Assembly: GCF_009914755.1 (NCBI RefSeq)
Contig: NC_060930.1
Length of the DNA: 64,000 bases
Direction: 5' to 3' (one strand)
From: the human T2T-CHM13v2.0 reference genome, Homo sapiens
The position numbers and the translations under genes are program-made. The notes below the pieces were generated by a model that saw only the letters and a program-made list of their open reading frames with translations, did not search any database and had not been told where the DNA came from. Positions 37,985 through 49,907 of this stretch are shown one piece after another. Positions within the stretch are counted from its first letter, which is position 1, and every line of letters begins with the position of its first letter.

Positions 37985-39045
37985 GTGCGTTGTGTGTGTG
38001 TGCGCTTGTATGTGGTGTTTGCATGTGAAAGGGTGAGTGCCTGTGTGAAAGTACGTATGTGCTGACAACTGCCTGTGGCTCTGCATGCATTGTGTGTGCA
38101 CGTGTGCCTGTTTGTATACACATGTGTGATGGATGTATGTGCATGCATGAGTTTGCATGAGGTGTTTGTGTGTATGTATACGTGTGTATGAGTATGTGTG
38201 CATTTGTGCATGTGTATGTGTGTGTACATGTGTGGTTCTGTGTATGCATCTATATGATGTTCATGTGTTTATGTGTGGGGGATGTGTGAGTGTATGTATG
38301 GTGTTTGTGTAGGTATGTAAATGTGATGTGTGTGACTGTGTATGGTACTTTTGTGCACGTGTGTATGTGTGTGTTCACATGTGTGTGGTGTGCGTGCATT
38401 GCATGGCTGTGGGTGGTGTGTGCACACCTGTTTTGTGCACACATGTATAAGTGCTTACATATGGTTGTGTGCACATGTGCATGCATGAGTGTGTTCACAT
38501 GTATGTGTGTGGTGTGTGTGCATGTGTGGTATGTGCACACGTCTGTGAATGTGAGTGCATGCATGGTGTTTATTTGTGTATGTGCATGGGTGCCCACGTA
38601 GGGTGTGTGCACGTGTGTGCATGTGTGTGTTCACATGTATGTCTGTGTGGTGTGCATGTGTGCACATGAGTGTATGAATGGTGTTTATGTGCGTCTGCAT
38701 GTGCGTGCCCATGTATGGTGTTTGTGTGCACATGGGCATGCATATGTGAGGGTGTGTTCACATGCATGTGTATGTGGTGAGGTGTGTGTGTGCGTGTCTG
38801 TGTGTGTGTGTTGCGTGGTGTGTGTACATGTGTGATGTATATACATATGCGAGTGTGAGTGCATATGCAGTGTTTGTGTATATGTCTTTGGATGTGTGTT
38901 CATGTGTTTGTGAGCATGTGTGTTTGTGTGTGTGTGTGGTGTGTGTGCATGTGTGCACATGCCTGTGGCTGCGTGTGGTGGGCAGTGTGTGCATGTGCAT
39001 GTGGTGTGTGCACGCATGTGTGTGAGCACATGCCGGGATGTGCAG
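37985..39045 (+). repeat. Degenerate (TG/CA)n alternating purine-pyrimidine tract, ~1 kb, intron 3
   Basis: TGTGTGCATGTG mosaic. Confidence 0.95.
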
Positions 39046-39165
39046 TGTGCTTCTCTAAGGCCAGGCTCTGCCTGCTCAAGCATCGCATCACCAGACGCAT
39101 TAGCAGATCAGTTCCCAGCTAAGCTCTTTCCTCCCTCACGGCGGCCACCTCCCTGCAGAGCGTAC

Positions 39166-39722
39166 CCTGAAGTGACTCTCTCTGGCAGAGCCTTTGGCCA
39201 CGTACATCCGGCTCTTTTCCGCCTGCAGGTGCTCGTAGAAGGGCTCGTCCAGAGCGAAGCTGTCTATGAGGTCGCAGCCCACGTGCAAGCTGTAGGTCTC
39301 GCCAGCCACCTGCACGGTGACGTTCTTCCACTGCGAGTCAGCCAGGCCGACGTCCTCCAGGGAGACCACATGCCGGGTGCCGTCAATCCAGTAGGTGAGA
39401 TCCAGCGTGTCCGCGGGGCCGTTGGAGACGATCTCGAACTGCCTCTGGGAGAGACCGGGGCCCTCCAGAGCCAACAGCGTGCCCCTGGACTTGCCGTCCT
39501 GCTTGAGCTGGGCCGTGAGGAAGAAGCCCTCCTTCTGCCGCATGATCTTGGTGATCTTGCTGAGGTCATCTGCGTTCACCGGTGGGATGTAGTCAAAGCG
39601 CACGAAGCGGTAAGCCGGCACGCCGGGGTCGGGCCCGCGGAACTGCTTGGCGCCAATGGTCTTGCGGTTGATGTTGCTGATACTGAAAAGGTCGAAGGTC
39701 GTGTCTTTGTCCTGGTGACCAG
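39166..39722 (-). CDS. THBS2: THBS2 exon 3: N-terminal laminin-G-like (TSPN) heparin-binding domain
   Basis: AGHQDKDTTFDLFSISNINRKTIGAK...ARESHFR; 557 nt; acceptor TTGCAG, donor GTACGC. Confidence 0.98.
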
Positions 39723-40498
39723 CTGCAAAGGGAACCGCAGTGGAGAAGGGTGACGTAGGGGAAGAGGGCGAGGTTGGCCTGACCCAGGGTGACAAACCAG
39801 AACCTCGCGTGTAAGGAAATTAACGAGGCCTCCCAATATCCCGCAGCTTCTCTCCCTTTTTTATGGGAATCCTGGAGCCACCTCTGATGAAAAGCCACTA
39901 TCCTCCGTGCCAGTGCCGCTACTCAGAGTGTGGGCCCAACGCAGCTGCGGGTCTGTGGGGTCAGTTTCTGCCCCTGGCTGGTCGAGGAGCGTGTGCCAGA
40001 AGGTAAATCGGTGGAGACAGGCAGCGCCCTGTCCGTTCAGCTGGCCCTTTGCATAGCCCGACCTTCTTGGTGAGGGAATCCCGGCCTCGCTTGACATCCT
40101 GGCACATGTCCCAGGTCACTCTGTCTGGCTCTTCCATCTCAGATCTGAGGCTGAAAAGCAGCCATCCTGTCTACCAGTTGATTGCTCAGGAAAAAACCAA
40201 ATAAATGAATAAACTGGGAAAGACATGGATCTTTAGCCTTGCTATTGATAGAGTGTCAGAAAGCGGCTAAATCGTATGTTGCTTTCTTGTTGAGATCAAC
40301 TGCCTAAAACCAGTTATGTCAGCAGGTTGTTATTTTGTAAAAATGTATTCTCCAACTCTTAATGCACCCTGTGGGTAAGGATCTGAAAGAGTGGTCAGTA
40401 TCAAGTACAGAAACAAATGGTTTTAAGTCACCACCTAAGCTATTGGCAAGAAAAGTGATCAGATCTCACGAAAATCATAACAGTTTAAATAATTCAAA

Positions 40499-40838
<340 letters not shown>

Positions 40839-41481
40839 CTAATATTTAGCAAATTAGAACAGGATAATACACAGGGTTGCTGACAGAAGTGGGCAATGGA
40901 CCACTTTCCATAGAGTTACTTGGCAAGAATTAAAAGCTTTGATTCAGCAATTCTAATTTTGTAACCTATCCAAAGGATATAATCACAAATGCTACTTAAG
41001 ATTTATCCACGTCAATATTTTTTGTGTCATCATTTATGCTAATGAAAATAAACCAATCTAAGTGGGAATTGATTGAAAAAGATCAGGCTTTATCTGTGAT
41101 GAAATATTATGTGGTCATTAAAAATCATACTGTAGAAAAGTAAACACATGGGAAAATATTTAAAGGAGGAAGAAAGTGGAGCAAAAAGAATTCAACAAAC
41201 ACCAAATACTTGCAGTGTTGTGAACATCCTCTATAGAAAAAAGGATAAACTGTGCAACTCTAGGTGGAATTGCATTTTTCTCTAACACCTGAATTTTCCA
41301 AAGATAAATTATCTCATGTCATATTGGCTCAGAAGTAAGTTACTATTTGATTTATAAAGGAGCTAGAAGGTCCTCACGGGTAAGATTGTCCAACCACACA
41401 CTTTATTTTGTCATCTCTCCCCTTGCAGCTAAGCCATATCTCACAAGCCAGAGAGAGACCACAGGCTCTGAGGACACTCAC

Positions 41482-41533
41482 CTTGCGTGCTGGGCCACAC
41501 CCACAGAGCCAGCAGGACCAGCCTCCAGACCAT
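41482..41533 (-). CDS. THBS2: THBS2 exon 2 coding part: start codon and signal peptide (whole exon 41482-41555)
   Basis: AGGATGG Kozak; MVWRLVLLALWVWPSTQ; donor AAG|GTGAGT; 52 nt. Confidence 0.97.
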
Positions 41534-41799
41534 CCTGCCTCCTGCAGCTGAGCTCCTGGGAATACAGGAAACCCTTGTTAGTGATGAGTCCACAGCTGCA
41601 ACCCTGCCTGTGAGCGAGACTGGCCCAGTGACTCACATGACCATTGAATAACAGTTTGCATATAAAACTCAGCACCAACTGGATTTGTGGCAAACTGAGA
41701 GCGAAGGAGGAAATTTACTCTTCAAGCAGGATTCTTCTAACTATAAGATTTGTTGAGCTAGCATTTGCCGGCAAGCACTGCACATCACGTTCTAAATAT

Positions 41800-41950
41800 T
41801 CCTATTATTTCATCTTCATAATAGCCTGGGAGGTATGTGCTGCTCTAATTGTCCTCATTTTACAGATGAGCAAATGGAAGATGGGCAAGTTCAGCGCTTG
41901 CCTGGAGTAATTCTGTTCATACGACTCGTAGACAGGACTTAGATGTAGAA
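41800..41950. mobile_element. MIR fragment
   Basis: Core CCTCATTTTACAGATGAG. Confidence 0.6.
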
Positions 41951-42709
41951 AGTTTGAATTTAGAAAAATATCCAGCCTGACAAAAATAATCTGTGAACGC
42001 ATTTTGTGTAAATATCCAGCAAAAAACAGTTATGCATAACCTAATTAAATAGAATGAATATCAACTGTAAAAAAAAGTTACAAATAAACTTAATTTGGTG
42101 AATTATACTTACAAAACAACAGAACACTTGACTTAGCCATCATTTTGACCCTGCCTCTTTATTTTCCTGCAGGCCTGTTTTTCCATTCTTGGGGATTTTA
42201 AGTTGGCACAGCTCAGTGGAGGCTGGCCCCGAAGTCAGGAGATGTGGTCCAAAGCCCGGCTGGGCGATTAACCCTGTGGATCTCAGCTTCTCCTCTTCCG
42301 GGCGAGCATGAGCCTGAGGGTCCCAGGGCTCCCCAGGTCCCTTCCAGCAATTGGTCACACCCTGCTCTAGGTTGAAGGGAAGACTGAGACCCCAATTCTT
42401 CCCATATTTAGAATATCAAAGGCCGTTAACTTCTCATTGTTAATCCAAGGACTCTCCCTCTCCAGAAACAACATTTGGTAACCTGGAAATCCTCACCTTC
42501 CAGGAATAGAGAAACATTCCTCAGAAGAAGAGAAATGCTTGGCAGCACCTGCAGACCCCCCACCCATCTGCTGCTGGGACCCCCCCCCCAAACCATCTGC
42601 TCCCCCCAGTGCCGCCCCAGGGGTCCTTGGTGATTGTTTCATCTGTCCTGGCTCCGGAAGCAGCACGGCCTGCGGCCGGAGTCAGCACCAGGCTGAGCAA
42701 TGCTGAGCA

Positions 42710-42830
42710 CCAGCTGTGCAACCTAGGGAAACTTACTTAACTTCTCTGTCTCAGTTTCCTCATCCGTAGAATGAAACGTAGCGTCATGTAAAATGCCCAC
42801 CTCATCGGGTTGTCATGAGAGATGAATTCG
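42710..42830. mobile_element. MIR fragment
   Basis: TTACTTAACTTCTCTGTCTCAGTTTCCTCATCCGTAGAATG. Confidence 0.7.
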
Positions 42831-43901
42831 GCAAATGAAACTTCACCAGGGGCTGACTTAGCCCAGCGAGCCACAGGCATGGGTTACCGGAGCAGAATGT
42901 GCCTCTGGGTCTGGGGCGCTTTCTACTCTAACTGCCCGAGGCAGCTGCAGTAATAATGGTGGTGCTGATAGGGCCTTTCTATGGAGCTCTTAAGAGGGTT
43001 TAATGACAGGAGCGAACACTTGGCCATGAGCTTAGAACAGTACCTGCATGCAGTAAGCACCACAGAACGGTGTTAGAATACACAGCTCAGGTACAGCCTT
43101 GGCAGGCTCTTCCCACCTCCCCACCTCATCAGCCCACACTGCCGGGTACGTCGCAGTCCCCTAAGGACAGCTGTGTGGGGCTGGCCCTGCAGAGGCCAGC
43201 CAAGAACAGGATGGTAAATGCGAAAGTTCTGGATGCCCAGCTTCATAAGGACAGGTTAGAAAAACTAAATCAAACTCCTTTGACGAAACCAGATCCTACT
43301 GTCTCTGCCTTGAGGTAGATTCTTACAAGAGCAGGAGGCTAACAAAGCATCCCCTGCTGCGGATTGTCAAAGGACAGTGAGGCTCCATCCCACAGGAAGG
43401 ATGAGCAGCCAGGCTACCTGGCCTCAGCCCATCCAGGGACACCGGGCATGCATGGATGGAGCCACGGATGAGCCAGTGCCGCTCACCCCTGCCCCAGCCT
43501 CTGCACGCCACACATCCACGTTTATGCTTGTGTTTTTCCAAAAGAAAGATTTCGGTGCCTGTCTGCAGCAGAATGTAGTTTGAATTTGCAAAGGTCTTTT
43601 AAAACTCTTTTCGTATGAACAATCAAAGTAAAAGATAGCTTTGCAGAGAGCTAATTGTTTACCGGCCGTCCACCACCAACAGCAGTCTGATTAAACACCA
43701 GACTCCTGGGTGCTCAGCTCCCAGTCCTGGGCAGCCAAACCCACCTTCCTTAAGTGGTAGCCAGGCAACCTGCCAGCTCGCTTTTCATATGCAAACTGCC
43801 CCAAGACTGTTAAAAGTCGCTGTGTGTCCCGGCAGTCACAGGATTTTCCATAGACTTACCACAAATACTCTCTAGTTATGTTCAAAACCACTTTTCAGCT
43901 G

Positions 43902-44051
43902 CTAATAATGTTAACAATCAGAGTCTCTCTTTAATCTACTAATAATGTTAACAATCAGAGTCTCTCTTTAATCTACTAATAATGTTAACGATCAGAGTCT
44001 CTCTCTAATCTACTAATAATGATGTTAACAATCAGAGTCTCTCTCTAATCT
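43902..44051 (+). repeat. 37-bp tandem repeat x4, intron 1
   Basis: CTAATAATGTTAACAATCAGAGTCTCTCTTTAATCTA units. Confidence 0.93.
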
Positions 44052-44472
44052 CCAGTTACTTTTCAGATATTCCGGGAGTTGTTTCTAATTCTCTCCTCAA
44101 TAACAAACTCTCATGTGGAATCTTCTTCTTCGGAAACTGAAAACATAAAGCGTTTACCCGGGTTCCCAGGCAGGTATATACATTGAAATAGCAGCAGCCA
44201 CAACCCTCAGAGAGGAAGGGGTGCCCGGCTGGTGAAAGCACAGCCACGGAGGAAAAGCTGAGGAGCGGCCACGTGCCTTGCTCTTCAAGCGGGCAGTAGA
44301 AACACCACGTGAAGAAACACTTGCCATTTAGTGTTAATAGATACACCACCCACCTTAAGTTAAGAATCGAAATTGCTCCTTTTTCTTCTCCGCTTCTTAG
44401 AGTTCGAGAACTCTAATTTCTTAAAATTAGAGCACCATTAAATAATTGATTGAGTTTAAGAAATAATCGTAC

Positions 44473-44595
44473 CTGGTTTGCCAAAAAGATGCAGTGATGA
44501 CTGGTTTCAGTGTTCCGGACCGAGTCAGAAAGGCGCAGGCTCTGCTGGAGCGAGAGACCGGCCCTGCAGTGCAGGATGCTCCGGTGGACGTGGCC
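44473..44595 (-). other. THBS2: THBS2 exon 1 (5' UTR, non-coding)
   Basis: Starts ~25-30 nt after TATAAA; donor CAG|GTACGA at 44472; CpG-rich. TSS approximate. Confidence 0.85.
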
Positions 44596-44618
44596 GAGCG
44601 GCTCCCGGGCAGCGCGGC

Positions 44619-44626
44619 TTTATATG
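44619..44626 (-). promoter_or_regulatory. TATA box (CATATAAA) of THBS2 main promoter
   Basis: Plus-strand TTTATATG inside a GC/CpG-rich patch, correctly spaced from exon 1. Confidence 0.85.
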
Positions 44627-44679
44627 CCGCTTCTCCTGTGCAGGGCTGTCAATCAGACACACGAGGAAGCACGTTTAAT

Positions 44680-44699
44680 TCATTCCTTCGAAGGAATGA
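44680..44699. promoter_or_regulatory. Perfect 20-bp palindrome with two inverted TEAD/MCAT motifs
   Basis: TCATTCCTTCGAAGGAATGA is its own reverse complement; CATTCC and GGAATG lie at its ends. Confidence 0.55.
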
Positions 44700-44738
44700 C
44701 ATCATCCCCCTTCTGATCTCACCATTTGCTCCGAGTAC

Positions 44739-44791
44739 CTGCTGCAGGGGTCCAAGTCCAGCCCCTCTGTACTGGATGCCGTCTCCTCCTC
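44739..44791 (-). other. THBS2: Alternative upstream non-coding first exon of THBS2
   Basis: Donor CAG|GTACTC at 44738 and acceptor TGATTGACAG| at 44646 define a 93-nt intron. This matches my recollection of the longer THBS2 5' UTR and the 23-exon numbering. The 5' end is approximate. Confidence 0.6.
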
Positions 44792-45489
44792 CTGCACCCC
44801 GGCCCCTGCCAGACAGGCCTGGGAGGAGCCAGACGGAGAGAGGGAAGGCAGGGACTCACTTTTCCTGTCTTCTCTCAGGAAATAAGATGCTATAAATAAC
44901 ACTAGCAAGATTGGCTAGAACTCCTCATTTTGCTTAAGAGAAAAAAATGCAAGTTCTATGCCTTAAATATGTTTCGAATTACTCAATGTGATATTGGTCT
45001 TTCTAAACCAAATGAGTGACTCTCAATAACACATGAAATACATCGGTGAGTATCAATAATCAGTCTGTATATTAATAAAGTTATTATGGTCAATAATCAA
45101 GTGTATTATGTGACAAAAATGAAATTTAATATAAAAGGAAGTTGCCAACATTTATCTCAGGCAGTTAGAGGACTGAAAAGCTGTACTGCAGCTTTGGGAA
45201 AATTCATTTTTACCCAAATTCTGCTTCATTTGCTCAGTGAGGATCCCCTAGAAGGACGTCTCCCAGTGGACGTGCAATACCCGTAGAAGGGTGTGTCCCA
45301 GTGGACGTACAGTACCCGGCCAAGTCCCCTTGGTGCACACTTGCACGTGGCCCCATCACAGGAACAACCTGACGTGCAGGCACAGAGCAAGGACTCGAGA
45401 GAACGAGAAGCAGTGGCAGCAGCTAACCCCCGCCCCTCCCACACCTCAGGCATCACCCGCAATCAGGGTGCACTCTGCATGGGGGTGGG

Positions 45490-45880
45490 GGGCACCGCTT
45501 CTCAGAGGTCAGGGTGGACGATGGATGCGGAGGGGCTGCTTCTCCCAGGTCAGGGTATACAGTGGAAAGGGGAAGCTGCTGCTCTAAGGTGGGGGTTGAT
45601 GGTACATGGGGGAGGGGCTGCTTCTCCCAAGTTGGGCTGGACAGTGGATGGGGGAGGTGCCACTTCTCCCAGGCCAGTGTGAAAGGTGGATGGTGGAGAG
45701 GCTGTTTCTCCCAGGTCAGTGTGCAAGGTGGCTGGGGATGTGTTGTTTCTCCCAGGTCAGGGTTAATGGCAGACAGGGGAGCTGCTGCTTCTCCTGGGTT
45801 GGGGTGGACCTTGGATGGGGGAGGTGCTACTTCCCCAGGTGGGGTGGATGGTGACTGGGGAGCTGCTGCTTTGCCCGGAG
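45490..45880 (+). repeat. Degenerate ~41-bp G-rich minisatellite x~10, ~1 kb upstream of the TSS
   Basis: Recurring GCTGCTTCTCCCAGGTCAGGGTGG...TGGATGGGG. Confidence 0.8.
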
Positions 45881-47149
45881 CCACCTGCACCTGCTTCATG
45901 TCGGCACCTGCCTGTCAGGTTCCTTCACGTTTGTGTGGAGTTGTCAGCCTGGCCATGGATCCGTCAAGTCCTAGTTAGAGAACATTAAAGCGAATTTCTG
46001 TGGACACAACCCTTACTGTGTCTGTGGCAGGGGAGTGTCTCTTAAGCCTCCTGGCATTCCCCCACAGGGGTCCAGCGCTGCAGAGGTCGGCAGGCACCAT
46101 GAAGAGCAAGCCTCACTTTCTGGCCTCTGTCTTCAGGGAGGATATGCGAGCGGGTGTGGGAGAGGGAAGGAGCTTTCATTTGTGAAAACCTCTGTTTTTC
46201 CTAATGGCACCTGTTTATTTATCACTTGGCAAACATCAGTTTCCGACACATGCACAGACAAAAGCCTCCAAGAGTGTATGTGTCATGTTTAAGGTACGTT
46301 ATTTTGCTTTTTAAGCTATTAGGGACAAAGTCATCATTTGAATTAAAAAGTAGTTTAAATAGATTGATGTTATCTCAAATTCAAAAAAAGTATAAACCAG
46401 TTCCCCTTAAAGAATTTTCAGTGGATAATTATCCATTCATCAGTTTGAGTTTTTCTGCCTCCAGGTTAGTTTTTCCTGGGGCCAGAACATGGAGGGCGGC
46501 ATCCCCTACTCTGCGTGCCACGGCCTCTCCTGTTCCTCAGTCCACAGAATGCGTGTTTCCTGATTAAAGCTGAAGACAGGCAGCTCAGCTGCTCAGCACT
46601 TCAGGAGCATGCGGTGAAGACCGTGACACTCACTGGGGAGCAGGAAGGTATGTATTCATGACTCCACGTGCCGATGGGCAGGTACAGAGAAGATGGGCCT
46701 CCTTCTGTAAAATCTGGCAGCCCAGAATCAGGGAAGTCTGTTTAGAGGAGACAGAAGGTAAGCCGATTGGAACGTGGCCCGTGAATGGGGTGTCCCCGGT
46801 TGAGAAAGTATTTCAGGCAGAGAGAGTGGGTAGGTGTTCATGGTGCAAAGAACAGCAGGCTCCTGGTGCGGCACCCAGGCCAGGTGCATGGAATGGGCTT
46901 CGTAGACGATGGAAGTCACAGAGAGTTTCCTGGCAGGGTGAGGCGGGACTTCATGGGCCCACTGTGCAGGGGACCAGAGGGGGAGTAGAGGGGACAGCCC
47001 CTGGTCAGCATCTTCCCTGGGCCCCCTGGGGGTGAGGAGGAAGGGAGATGTGAGGATGAAACAAAAAGCAGTCAGAGGCTTCGTCAGGAAAGCCAGCGAT
47101 GCTGAGGGAAGCATCATCACATGTGTGCGCGGGAGGATGAGGGACAGAC

Positions 47150-47579
47150 ACGCAGCAGGTGGAATCATGTCCCCCCAAGTTCACGTCCACCCCAAACCTG
47201 TGAATGAGCTTACTGGAAATACCACAGTGCTTGTGGATGAAATCAAGTGTAGATGTCGTCGAACTGATGTAGGACAGGCTCCAAATCTAATGGCTAGTGT
47301 TCTAATAAGAATAAAGAATATGAAGACGGAGACACAGGGCGAGCTCCGCTTGATGAAAGAGGCAGAGACCACAGTGATGCAACCACTAGCCAAGGTCACC
47401 AAGGGCTGCCAGAAACACCAGAACTGTGGGAGACAGGGAAGGGGCCTCTGCCAGAACATTCCGAGGACGTGCAGCCCTGCCACACACTGCATTTAAAACT
47501 GCTGGACTCCAGAACCATGGGACAATACATGTGTGTTGTTTGTGATACTTCATCATAGCGGGCCCAGGGAACTAATACA
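47150..47579 (+). mobile_element. MLT1-family solo LTR
   Basis: GAATCATGTCCCCCCAAGTTCACGTCCACC...CTCCAGAACCATGGGACAATACAT...GGAACTAATACA. Confidence 0.8.
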
Positions 47580-49361
47580 GGCACACCTTGGAGATACCGC
47601 AGGCTCGGTTCCACACCTCTGCAATAAAGTGAGTTGCATGGATTTGTGCTTTCCCAGTGCATATAAAAGGGATGTTTACACTCCACTATTGTCTATTAAG
47701 GGTGCAATAGCATTATGTCTAAGAGAACAATGTGCATATCTTAATTCTAAAACATTTCATTGCTCAAAACTACTAACCGTCATTTGAGCCTTCAATGAGC
47801 CGTCATCTTTTCGCTGGTGGAGAGTCTTGCCTCAATGCTGGTGGCTGCTGACTGATCAGGGTGGTGGTTGCTGATGGTTGGAGTGTCTGTAGCAGGTTCT
47901 TAGAGTAAGACCACAATGAAGTTTGCTGCATCTATGGACTCTTTTATAAAACGTTTCTCTGTAGCATATCATGGTTTTTGATAGCAGTTTACTCACACAA
48001 TAACTTGTTTCAAAATTGATGTCCATTCTCTGAAATGCTGCTGCTGTTTTTTCAACTTAGCTTATGTAATAGTCTAAATTATTTGTTGTCATCTCAACAT
48101 CTTCCCCAGGAGTGAAGCATTTCACAACATCTTCACTGGGAGTACATTTCATCTGAAAAAATCATTTTCTTTGCTCATCCTTAAGAAATAACTCCTGATC
48201 CATTCAAGTTTTATCATGAGAGTACAGCAATTCAGTCCCATCCTCAGGCCCAGCTTCTAACTCTACCTCTCTCACTCATTCCATCACATCTTCAGTGACT
48301 TCCTCTACTGAAGCCTTGAACCCTCAGGGTCATCCCTCATGGTGGGGTTTGGAAGAATCAGCTTCTTCCAAACTCCTGTCAGTGTTTATATTTTTCCTTT
48401 TCCCGTGAATCATGAATGTACTAGTGGCATCTAGAATGGTGAATCCTTTCCAGAAGGTTTTCAGTTGACTTTGCTCATATTCATCAGAGGAATCACTCTC
48501 TATGGCAGCTATAGCCTCATGAAATGTATTTCTTAAATAGTAAGACTTGAAAGTCCAAATGACTCCTTGACTGATGGGCTGCAGAGTGGATGTTGTGTTA
48601 GTTAGTAAGCATGAAAGCAACATCATCTCATTGAGCATTTCCATCAGAGTTCTTGGGTGACTAGGTGCATTGACCAAGAGCAGTAATATTCTAAAATAGA
48701 TCATTTTTTGAGCAGTAGGTCTCAACAGTGGGTTTGAAATATTTAGTCAGCCATGCTGAGAACAGATTTGCTGTCATCTAGACTTTGTTGTTCCATTTAA
48801 AGAGCATAAGAATAATACCTTTAGCATAGCTCTTAAGGGCTAAAGATTTTCAGATTGGTAAATAAGCACAGGCTTCAACTTGAAGTCACCGGCTGCATTA
48901 GCCTCTAATAAAAGAGACAGCCTGGCCTTTGAATTTTTGAAGCCAGGCATTGACTTCTCCTCTGTAGCTATGACAGTTGGAGATGGCCTCTTCTAATGCA
49001 AGGCTGTTTCGTCTTCATTGAAAATCAGCTGTTGAGTGTAGCCACCTCCACAATGATTTTAGTTAGATCTTTTGGGTCACTTGCTGCAGCTTCTCCATCA
49101 GCACTTGCTGCTTCACCTTGCATTTTTGTCTTACAGAGATGGCTTCTTCCCTAAACTTCATGAACCAATCTCTGCCAGCTTCGAACTTTTCTTCTGCAGC
49201 TTCCTCATCTCTCTCAGACTTCACAGAATTGAAGAGAGTTAGAGCTTTGCTTAGATTAGGCTTTGGCCTCAGAGAATGTTGTGGCTGGTTTGATTTTCTC
49301 TCCAGGACACTCAAACTTTCTCCCTATCAATCAGCAATAAGGCTGTTCTGCTTTCTTATCA
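47578..49361 (-). mobile_element. Tigger1 DNA transposon, 3' ~1.8 kb with degenerate transposase
   Basis: TA then TIR CAGGCACACCTTGGAGATAC; peptide remnants SKALTLFNSVKSERDEEAAEEKFEAGRDWFMKF and TTSTLQPISQGVIWTFKSYYLRNTF. Confidence 0.9.
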
Positions 49362-49363
49362 AT

Positions 49364-49907
49364 GGAGTGTATTATATCCGATGGGCATATTTCAGTGGAA
49401 GCCGGATGGATGAGTCTAAAGCCTGGGCGATCCTTCATTAGAGATGATGTTTAAATCCATGGGCAGGAGACAGGTGAGGCCACTGGAAAGAGGAAGGCAG
49501 GAAGGGGCAGACAGAGCCTTAGGGCATGGACCTCTGGCTGGAGCTGAACCACAGGTGTGGTGAGGGAGAGGGCTCCCTTCTGCCCCAGAAACTCCTGTCC
49601 CTGAACCGTGGTTTCCGTTGTCAGGTTGTGCATGGACTGCGTCAGAAACAGCAAATCCTGGTGTGGCTCTGTTCCTTTCACAGTGACGCAGGGGGGTTGA
49701 AAAGCAACTGGACACATTGAATGTGCAGAGGCCTGAGCTGAAGAAAAGAGCACGGGCTGGGGACCAGGGCCAGGCACACTCGTCACAGCCCTTCTGACTC
49801 AGAGGTTTTTATATCACCTCCCCTTGCTCTTCTCTCTGGCCTGAACCTGCTTTCTAAGCACCCCAAGGTGATCTGGGGATACTTGCCGGATGGGCGCTGC
49901 TTGGAGC
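49364..49907 (-). repeat. Inverted duplication arm A (~540 bp)
   Basis: Reverse complement of 52802-53341; ORFs 49451-49786(-) and 52923-53291(+) are near-identical. Confidence 0.95.

Noticed and set aside
48330-49314. Active or domesticated transposase
   Set aside because: Tigger1 ORF is broken by stops and frameshifts and physically split.
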